A DNA stretch of 64,000 nucleotides, taken from a virus. Its lineage: Duplodnaviria; Caudoviricetes. A program made the translations under genes and the position numbers. Location of the stretch: positions 1 through 64,000 of IMG/VR virus record IMGVR_UViG_3300033121_000493. One strand, given 5' to 3'. Each line of letters starts with the position of its first letter. Within the stretch, counting starts at the first letter, position 1. A model generated the notes under the pieces. That model was not told the origin of the DNA. It made no database searches and saw only the letters and a list, made by a program, of their open reading frames with translations. This document shows, one piece after another, positions 57,400 to 64,000 of this stretch.

Positions 57400-57423
57400 C
57401 CCCCGGAACGAATAGCCCTTAGC

Positions 57424-57699
57424 TTACACGTAAGCAGACGACGATTCATCATACGTCTGGCCACACGTGGCATCCGGCGAATCAATGACTGCCAGATAGC
57501 CGTTGTCTACCAGCGCGTTAAAAGTATTGATAGCGCGAATGCCACCAATACCAGGATACTTCGCTGTCAGATAAGCGTAAACATTACCTGGAATATCGTA
57601 GGTCTCATTCTTATCGAGCGTGACACCAAACAACGCCAGAGTAAATTCGCTGTCCGACGCATTAGCGATGCGCGTAACATTACAGGCAGCAGCTGCCAT
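57424..57699 (-). CDS. Small putative head decoration protein
   Basis: Strong SD; followed by a terminator; ends DESSSAYV. Confidence 0.6.
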   Translation of the reverse strand: MAAAACNVTRIANASDSEFTLALFGVTLDKNETYDIPGNVYAYLTAKYPGIGGIRAINTFNALVDNGYLAVIDSPDATCGQTYDESSSAYV

Positions 57700-57711
57700 A
57701 TTAAATCCCCT

Positions 57712-58248
57712 TTATGACGAGTGCCTTTCGGCGATAATTACTTTTGAACCACTACCTAACCCAGTGTACACCGCAGCTTTATACCGACCGGCTGGTAGAT
57801 CAGTAAACATATATGCTATGGACTTATTGTCCACCTTATACGACGCTCCAGTTACAACCGGCCCTTCTAACTTCAGCAATGCCCAAGTCGAAGCTTGTGG
57901 GTAGCTTAGCGTACTATCAGGATCGCTAGGGGAATTAAGACTATTGCTGGAGCTAGAGTCGGTAAAAGAATTTAATTCCCCACCTAGCGTAACTTCCAGC
58001 CACAATGCAATCTTTGCGTCACCAGCGAGTGTTCCAGACTGTAATATTGCCACAATCAAAAGATCTTGGCCTCTTCCAATCTCAGTTTCACTTTCACCGA
58101 TACCAATAGTGGTGTCGAGAATAGCACCGTCGGCAACGCTACTGGCGTCAGTAATATTGCTGGTTTGTACATGAAGACCGCGTAGGCCGCTCATGTATCC
58201 CCAGTTATTAGGTGACTGCTTGCCATAACCCTTAACGATATTAGACAT
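57712..58248 (-). CDS. Putative virion beta-sandwich protein
   Basis: Downstream of MCP; internal DSSSSNS loop. Confidence 0.6.
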   Translation of the reverse strand: MSNIVKGYGKQSPNNWGYMSGLRGLHVQTSNITDASSVADGAILDTTIGIGESETEIGRGQDLLIVAILQSGTLAGDAKIALWLEVTLGGELNSFTDSSSSNSLNSPSDPDSTLSYPQASTWALLKLEGPVVTGASYKVDNKSIAYMFTDLPAGRYKAAVYTGLGSGSKVIIAERHSS

Positions 58249-58592
58249 TACTGATTACTCATTGTTCCAATAAACTCAGCGGCAGCGAGAGCATCTGCAT
58301 CCAGATTTAGTGTGCCAGCCAGCTTTACAATCTCATTAACGTTGCTAGCTTGGCTAGTACGCGTATTACCCAACGCAGCAGCGGCTACTTTATGAATACT
58401 CTTGGTAGCTTCATCCTTAGCTTGAGCTTGCTTCAAGACAGCTGCATTCTCAAGCGCGCTCCGCACATCTTCCTCAGAGCTAAACGTAATGCCATGCGCA
58501 GCGCACTTGTTAAGAAACGCAGGAACATATATATCCGCAAACAATTTATCTTGCGCTTGCTTAGCCAGAACCTGCAGATCGTTCGTTTCCAT
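58248..58592 (-). CDS. KxA-rich small head-associated protein
   Basis: GGAG SD; KQA, KCA, KQA, KVA, KLA. Confidence 0.65.
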   Translation of the reverse strand: METNDLQVLAKQAQDKLFADIYVPAFLNKCAAHGITFSSEEDVRSALENAAVLKQAQAKDEATKSIHKVAAAALGNTRTSQASNVNEIVKLAGTLNLDADALAAAEFIGTMSNQ

Positions 58593-58603
58593 TTTATAGC
58601 TCC

Positions 58604-58642
58604 ATAAACCACAGCGGTATTTATTACACCGCTGTGGTTTAT
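58604..58642 (-). terminator. Perfect 15-bp hairpin after the major capsid gene (terminator/stabiliser)
   Basis: ATAAACCACAGCGGT-9 nt-ACCGCTGTGGTTTAT. Confidence 0.75.
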
Positions 58643-58654
58643 ATATTCAGTAAG

Positions 58655-59590
58655 TTAGATAAAGTTAGCCTTGCAGACCGCAGCGAGATTCGCGATCGCA
58701 GCGCCAACCGACTCCCAAGCGAAGAACTTGAGCATGAACGCCTTACGCTCGATGTACATCGTCACATCGGTGAGCGTGCAGAACTTGCCGAAGAACTTAG
58801 GCTCAGCAAACATATACATCGTGTTATCAGGCACCAGGCGACGCTTGATGGTGATAATCCAACGCATGTTCATCATGTTACGCTCGGTAAAGCCATCTCG
58901 CAGAATGTCTTCTGAAAGATCGCCACCGACCTCATCGCGGCCCCACTTCTCGATATCCTTAGCCGTAACAGCATTAATCAAGCAGGTAGCCGCCTCAAGG
59001 CTCGACGGCGTCGATGGAAGGATCTTACGAGCTTCGGCGATCGACGCACGCGAGATACCACCGGCAATACTCTTATTCTGAACTGTACCAGTCTCACTGA
59101 CCGTCGAGTTCGCCGCGCCAAGCAGAGTATTGATCGTGGCAATAAACTTGCCATCCTCTTCTGCCTGAATATCCTTAATGGCATTATCGCTAGTTACCTG
59201 GCGAATGTCCATCTGATACGTACGCAGCTTATCAACGTCCTGCACGAACGCTGGCGACATAATACGATCGAAAGCAATCGAGTAGCGCGGACCTTCGATG
59301 ATCTTCGCTGTCGGTGCAGTACCAAAACCGATGGATACCGCAGCCGGGATGTTGTTTTCCTTATCGAGGATGATTATCGGCAAATCATGATCGATAGCAC
59401 GGGTCAGATCGCTGTTCTCAACCTGAATAGGAGGAAGAATCGAGCGAAGAAATCCGCGCTCGCGTAGACGCATACGCGTATACTCGGTAAGTGCGTCAGC
59501 AGCGTTTTTTTGCAGAACAGGATTGCCGCTTTCGATTTGCGACCAAAACTGCTCATTCGCTACTTTATCCATTGGGTTTTGTGTCAGCAT
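58655..59590 (-). CDS. Major capsid protein (HK97 fold)
   Basis: YTR.RLRE.GF.R.ILPP...DI...ED..FI...VP.N..Y.FAEP.F.GKF...WE..G..I.N; C-ending codon bias; followed by hairpin. Confidence 0.88.
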   Translation of the reverse strand: MLTQNPMDKVANEQFWSQIESGNPVLQKNAADALTEYTRMRLRERGFLRSILPPIQVENSDLTRAIDHDLPIIILDKENNIPAAVSIGFGTAPTAKIIEGPRYSIAFDRIMSPAFVQDVDKLRTYQMDIRQVTSDNAIKDIQAEEDGKFIATINTLLGAANSTVSETGTVQNKSIAGGISRASIAEARKILPSTPSSLEAATCLINAVTAKDIEKWGRDEVGGDLSEDILRDGFTERNMMNMRWIITIKRRLVPDNTMYMFAEPKFFGKFCTLTDVTMYIERKAFMLKFFAWESVGAAIANLAAVCKANFI

Positions 59591-59623
59591 TATTTTACCC
59601 TTTTGTTTAAGTTACTTAGTTAA

Positions 59624-60187
59624 TTAGTGAACCTGGATCTTACTCGGCAAAAACCAAGTAACAAATCTAATAAGCTTCTGGCCGTGTTCACCTTCAAACG
59701 AACCGTTCGCCTGCTCACCCTTTTCAGAGATAATACCGACGATAGTATCCGTAGCTAGCGCGCCAGTTTTAATCACGCCGGTACCGCTCGAACCCGAGCC
59801 ATCATCCGATGTCAGATACGATCCGCAATCGTAGGTACCGTTAGCGTCAAACTCAGTCGATTCAAGCTCAAACGTACCAATCGCAAGCAGCGCGTTCAAT
59901 ACGCCACCAGAGATGTTACCCAGGTTTGGGTTAACGTCTGGGTCATTCTCGTTGGCAAACGCAAACGCAGGAATGCGGCAACGCGATGTGCTGTTGGCGT
60001 TGTTTACGCCGAGCTTATAGGTGTTGCTGTCAATATGAACTACGCGACCGCGATAAACGCGATTGCTTAGACCACTAGCAATAGGCAGAGCTTTCTCAAG
60101 AGGCAGGTCAAGACCAAGCGCCCAGCCCTTACGAGCATTCAGCGTGTGGTCATACACTTGGCCATAGTCTGTACGTGTTCCTGGCAT
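59624..60187 (-). CDS. Capsid cement/decoration protein
   Basis: Directly upstream of MCP; E.E.TEFD....Y..G..LT...G motif. Confidence 0.6.
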   Translation of the reverse strand: MPGTRTDYGQVYDHTLNARKGWALGLDLPLEKALPIASGLSNRVYRGRVVHIDSNTYKLGVNNANSTSRCRIPAFAFANENDPDVNPNLGNISGGVLNALLAIGTFELESTEFDANGTYDCGSYLTSDDGSGSSGTGVIKTGALATDTIVGIISEKGEQANGSFEGEHGQKLIRFVTWFLPSKIQVH

Positions 60188-60200
60188 TTTATTTCCTCAC

Positions 60201-60551
60201 TTAGTTTACACTGTTAAGTTTATTGTAGAAAGCGGTATCAGCTGCACTCGTATCGCTACGTTGGCTGCTGGCTTCCTTAGTAGCCGCCCGACCAAGACGA
60301 GGACGCGTGGCTAGTTGGTTAGAAAGCGAACTTACAAGCAACTGAAGATCAGCTACCGAAGCAAGCTTTTTCAGACTAGCGCCTTTGTCACTCGCATCAC
60401 AATGACCATTCTTTTGTAGTGTTTCAAAAAGCATCTCCGCGCTGGCTTCGGCCGCAGCGGCCTCTTTGGCAATAGCTTCACCAAGTTTACCAGCTTTAGC
60501 GATGCAATCTGTGGCTTCGCGTAAAACATCATCTGGAATAACGACGTTCAT
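60201..60551 (-). CDS. Small helical head-assembly protein
   Basis: KxA-rich; between scaffold and cement. Confidence 0.6.
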   Translation of the reverse strand: MNVVIPDDVLREATDCIAKAGKLGEAIAKEAAAAEASAEMLFETLQKNGHCDASDKGASLKKLASVADLQLLVSSLSNQLATRPRLGRAATKEASSQRSDTSAADTAFYNKLNSVN

Positions 60552-60561
60552 ATATCACCCT

Positions 60562-61701
60562 TTACATGGTTGGAGGAGCATCCGCGCCCGCGCCAGCCGG
60601 TAGTCCAGCGGGCATACCTGCGTCAGCTGGCATCGCAGGAGCACCGCCACCAGCGGCATCTGCGCCGCTAGGCATACCACCACCGCCGCCTTGCAGCAGC
60701 GGCAACAGTTGTTTCAGCAATTCCATAAGCTGCGCTTCATCAAGGCCACCCAAACTTACACCGGCGTTCTCATCGTCCTGTGTCGGCATACCGCCGCTTG
60801 GCTTGCCTTCATCGCCGTCGCCATCACCACCAGCTAACTTATCTGCGCTATCCTCAGTCTTTTCCGACGGCTTATCGTCGGGCATCTGTGGCATGTCTTC
60901 AGCTTTCTTACGGGTATTTTTAATTACCTCGCTGGCGATAGCTTTGGCAAGTTTGCTAATGCTGGTCTTTGGTTTAGCGGGAGCTGGCTTTGGAGCAGAA
61001 GCCTTTTTGGCTTCATCGGCTAGACCGGCATAAAAGCTGATAAGCCGGTCAGCATCGTCTGACGCTTCTTTAACGACTTGGAAAACTACACTGTTAATAG
61101 CGTCAACATTTGGCTGGCTATTGGCTTGAGAAATTACAGCTTCAGCCGCAGCTTTACCCATTTCTACATCCTTATTCGTGTCAGGAGTAGTCACAGGTTG
61201 AGGCGCAGGAGTAGGAGCTGCAGCCGCTTTAGCAGGAGTTGGCTGTTCAGCTTTGATAGTCAAAGCAGCAAGCTTAGTAAGTACCATGTTTGCCGACTTA
61301 ACTACTTCGCTAGCCGCGCGAGCACGCGAATACTTTTCACCGAAAGCAGCACTAGCAGGATGCGACGTGTCGTCATCCTCCGGCTTGTCTTTAACCGAAG
61401 AAGTTTCAACCGACGGATCTTCACCAACAGCCGAAGCTGTTGTAAGAGGATTCACCGATTTGTTTTCCATATTCTCCGGCTTAGCGTTATCAGTGGAATT
61501 AGGACCAATCTGCGATTTCACATCCGACGTATTTTCAGCCGAACGCGCGCCTTCCGAAGCTGGCTGGGTACCGTCATCAACACTCTTAGATGGATGCGTT
61601 GTATCCGACGATCCCATATCATCTTCCGCACGCTTAGCGCTCGCTTGCTTAAGCAGTGCGTTAAGGCTTTCTAGTACAGTTTTAGCTCTTGTCTGACTCA
61701 T
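60562..61701 (-). CDS. Scaffolding-like, low-complexity head protein
   Basis: A/K/D/P-rich disordered sequence between protease and MCP; start reassigned to MSQTR (61701) behind GGAG. Confidence 0.65.
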   Translation of the reverse strand: MSQTRAKTVLESLNALLKQASAKRAEDDMGSSDTTHPSKSVDDGTQPASEGARSAENTSDVKSQIGPNSTDNAKPENMENKSVNPLTTASAVGEDPSVETSSVKDKPEDDDTSHPASAAFGEKYSRARAASEVVKSANMVLTKLAALTIKAEQPTPAKAAAAPTPAPQPVTTPDTNKDVEMGKAAAEAVISQANSQPNVDAINSVVFQVVKEASDDADRLISFYAGLADEAKKASAPKPAPAKPKTSISKLAKAIASEVIKNTRKKAEDMPQMPDDKPSEKTEDSADKLAGGDGDGDEGKPSGGMPTQDDENAGVSLGGLDEAQLMELLKQLLPLLQGGGGGMPSGADAAGGGAPAMPADAGMPAGLPAGAGADAPPTM

Positions 61702-61746
61702 TAGTAAACTCCAATTCACTGTGGTTCAGTGTTTGTAACGTAAAAT

Positions 61747-63081
61747 TTACGCCAATGCTCGAAGCGATGTCAAATTTTGCACGAATTCACTACGGCTATT
61801 ATTTGTTCGACTAGCACTTGTAGCGAAGGAAACAAGATACGCGGCATACTCTGCCGCTACACTATCAGCCTTATACTCGTCGAGTGCTGAGGCTGATTTC
61901 ACTACTTGTTGAACTGGAGCAGGCGTAACTATAGCCTTACCTAGATCAACTCTATACAGACTACATCGTGCCGCTAACGAATCGATCGCGCTGGCCAGCT
62001 TAGGTGTTGGGATATCTTTGGATTTCCCATCGTAGCTACCATTGTTCATAACCTTACTGTCTTTGTTCTTTAGATACGCAACTATTTTTTTACGTATTGC
62101 AGATGTCTTTACATCTGCCTTTTTACCTAGACCAGCGATCTCTACAAAGTCACCAAGCGATAAACAGATACCAGCTTTATGTAACCGATCAAACAGACTA
62201 TCTTTGTCATCACAGGCTTTTAACATTTCAAGTTCGTTATCTGTGGCGTCTAATCCGTGTAGCGCGCTACAGTAGCCAGCCAGGTCTAGAGCTTTACTAA
62301 TCTTTTCCATAACTGGCGCTTTTAGATATACCACACTAGATATAGGCGTCGGGTATAGTGCAGCGCTTATAGCAAATGTTTCGGCTAGCTCAGCACCACT
62401 AATAACTTTACCAGCAGACGCAGCTTTATCCAATCGTCTGATAGTGTACGCTACTCTATCAGCAGGACGCCACACCTTAGATATGTCAAAGAAGTCTGGA
62501 TCTGGGTTAGCTACATAAACCTGACGCCCGTCATCCAGGATACTACCTAGCATATCACTGGCATGTTTGCAGTAATCTTTTCTGGTCTTAGCTTTGTTGT
62601 CACAGATAGAGCATATATCATGACTAACCAAGCAAGACATAGATACTGGAAAACTTCCATTCTTTTCCAGTTCGGCTAAGTCCTTAGCGCACTTGTTGTT
62701 ATCTAGTGCAACAATCAGCTCTACGCGACCCATTGGCCCGTTGTGGGCCGATGCCACTACTCTGCCTAAAGCTTTAGATTTATCTTTATTTTCATGATTG
62801 TGAAAATAGCCAGCCTTTAGAAACGTATTGTGCCGCGTTTGATTTACATTGCGGCTGAAGTAATCGCCGTTTCTATTAGCACCAGTAGTTTCACCGTCGC
62901 CCAAAGCCAGCAGGTGAATTAAAGTTTCTTTGTCGTCTGAAGCGTACTTGCTGAAATCAAATAAATGTGAGGCAGCCCGCTTAACTAGCCAAGATGAGTC
63001 TACGCCACGACGATGCATAGGCACGAGAGCAGCTTCTGCTTCGTTAAAGCCGAAAGACCCAGATAGAATACTCTTAAACAT
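61747..63081 (-). CDS. Prohead (capsid maturation) protease with zinc-binding insertion
   Basis: N.NGD.F...NH.N...G.V...VSM.C....D.CSIC.N.A....YC.H...FFDIS.V..PAD. Confidence 0.75.
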   Translation of the reverse strand: MFKSILSGSFGFNEAEAALVPMHRRGVDSSWLVKRAASHLFDFSKYASDDKETLIHLLALGDGETTGANRNGDYFSRNVNQTRHNTFLKAGYFHNHENKDKSKALGRVVASAHNGPMGRVELIVALDNNKCAKDLAELEKNGSFPVSMSCLVSHDICSICDNKAKTRKDYCKHASDMLGSILDDGRQVYVANPDPDFFDISKVWRPADRVAYTIRRLDKAASAGKVISGAELAETFAISAALYPTPISSVVYLKAPVMEKISKALDLAGYCSALHGLDATDNELEMLKACDDKDSLFDRLHKAGICLSLGDFVEIAGLGKKADVKTSAIRKKIVAYLKNKDSKVMNNGSYDGKSKDIPTPKLASAIDSLAARCSLYRVDLGKAIVTPAPVQQVVKSASALDEYKADSVAAEYAAYLVSFATSASRTNNSRSEFVQNLTSLRALA

Positions 63082-63099
63082 TACACACCTTAGCTGTTA

Positions 63100-63996
63100 T
63101 TACTGATCCTGCCCTAGTCCATGTTCCAAAATACTACTGATGTACGGCCATACATGTGGACCAACAGTCGTTAGTGCCGCGCCGGTTGCAGCCGCTGGAC
63201 CAATCCACTTCAACTTTGGAGCGCCAAATCTAGGCGGTGACATATGCGCATCCAGCGCCCTATCTATCATACCATTCCAGTTTACTTCTATTGGTGGTAT
63301 TGGTTCGCCGACTGGAATCACACGACGTTGTGTTTTTGGTAACAGCGTTTCTGGTAACATGTCAACCATATGCTTGTGGGGGTTTACGTCAGCTTCACGC
63401 AACGTATTGTCTAAAATTTTACGAATACCGGCGGTCGGCGTACTAAATCCATCGCCCATTAGGCCAAGGCGGCTAAACCAATTAGCTCCCGGCGGTGCAT
63501 TAACCTTTACTGGGGGGGTTTTGCCGCCAAGAAACCGACGAGCTATACGCGATGTATTGTCTAAAATCTTACGCATACCGGTGATCGGTGCGCTCAACTC
63601 ATCGCCCATCAGGCCGTGGCGTCTGAACCAATTAGCTTCTGGCAGCGCTTTGCCGTCTATTGTGGTTGTACCGCCACGAAACCAGCGCGCGATAGAATCG
63701 TCGACGACATTATTTGCTAGGACGGGAGTATTAGCTCTTAACTTGGTCCGTAACGCGCCGAGTTGTTCATCTACCTTAGACAATTGGTTTGCAGCATTTT
63801 CGTTACCTGCATTCATTAAGGCACTTAGCCTCGAACGGGTAGTTGTCAAGTTTTCCAATGAATTTAGATCAGCTTTATGCTGAGCTAAACTAGTATATAT
63901 TGCATTTGGATTTTTATGGAATTCAGCTGCAAGTTCTTGTAGTTTAGGTATACGACCCGCCGTCATGTTATGCATACCTTGCGCGGCATATCCCAA
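63100..63996 (-). CDS. Putative internal head protein (5' end probably outside the window)
   Basis: ORF runs to the window edge; internal duplication; hydrophobic C-terminus. Confidence 0.55.
   Translation of the reverse strand: MGYAAQGMHNMTAGRIPKLQELAAEFHKNPNAIYTSLAQHKADLNSLENLTTTRSRLSALMNAGNENAANQLSKVDEQLGALRTKLRANTPVLANNVVDDSIARWFRGGTTTIDGKALPEANWFRRHGLMGDELSAPITGMRKILDNTSRIARRFLGGKTPPVKVNAPPGANWFSRLGLMGDGFSTPTAGIRKILDNTLREADVNPHKHMVDMLPETLLPKTQRRVIPVGEPIPPIEVNWNGMIDRALDAHMSPPRFGAPKLKWIGPAAATGAALTTVGPHVWPYISSILEHGLGQDQ
63404..63637. repeat. Two 84-bp direct repeats, 150 bp apart (63404-63487 and 63554-63637)
   Basis: 69/84 identical by hand alignment; in frame. Confidence 0.85.
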
Positions 63997-64000
63997 CCCA

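Larger units (their letters stand above)
1..64000 (-). mobile_element. Segment of a large contractile-tailed bacteriophage genome (head, neck, tail, baseplate, fibre and accessory modules)
   Basis: Co-oriented, densely packed genes with recognisable capsid, sheath, tube, tape measure, gp25-like and baseplate-J genes in phage order; no host housekeeping genes. Confidence 0.96.

Noticed and set aside
11260-58248. Serine runs as DNA microsatellites or slippage products
   Set aside because: Runs mix TCN and AGY codons, which points to protein-level selection
63404-63637. Repeat pair as a diversity-generating retroelement TR/VR
   Set aside because: Mismatches are not adenine-specific on either strand, both copies lie in one ORF, and no reverse transcriptase is visible
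1-64000. Plus-strand ORFs in the track (e.g. 41142..41765, 61078..61674, 63140..63883)
   Set aside because: Antisense shadows of well-supported minus-strand genes, with no recognisable motifs
1-64000. Stop-codon reassignment, as seen in some large phages
   Set aside because: Genes are intact and tightly packed under the standard code; TAG, TGA and TAA all end genes that abut the next start
1-64000. Apparent abundance of CTAG/AGCT/GTAC 4-mers
   Set aside because: Impression only; cannot be supported without k-mer statistics

Overview
The whole window is part of a large contractile-tailed (myovirus-type, probably jumbo) bacteriophage genome. Essentially every real gene is on the minus strand, tightly packed, and read with the standard code. 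In transcription order (right to left) it carries: (i) a head module at 64-57.4 kb (prohead protease, scaffold, cement-like protein, HK97-fold major capsid protein); (ii) neck, tail terminator, a 930-aa sheath and tube; (iii) a gp5/VgrG-like spike, a G/GT tail-chaperone pair joined by a -1 slippery site, and the tape measure protein; (iv) baseplate genes (hub, gp25-like, J-like) with a sigma-70-family factor embedded among them; (v) about 23 kb of Cys-rich fibre/decoration genes, including a five-member paralog array, a C-x11-C repeat protein, a LamG lectin protein and a fused GT9+GT2 glycosyltransferase; (vi) about 9 kb of small accessory genes with several paralog families. The strongest candidate for an undescribed system is virion O-glycosylation: short mixed-codon poly-serine tags (SSS to SSSSS) occur in loops and C-termini of many predicted outer virion proteins, and are absent from the capsid, scaffold, tape measure and accessory genes. 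The same late module encodes a GT9 enzyme whose architecture recalls the TibC/Aah Ser-heptosyltransferases, fused to a GT2 domain. A possible companion disulfide/metal system and a KxA head-processing motif are also noted. No tRNA, rRNA, CRISPR array, integrase, terminase, portal or endolysin was recognised. All family calls are by eye from motifs and synteny; no database search was run.
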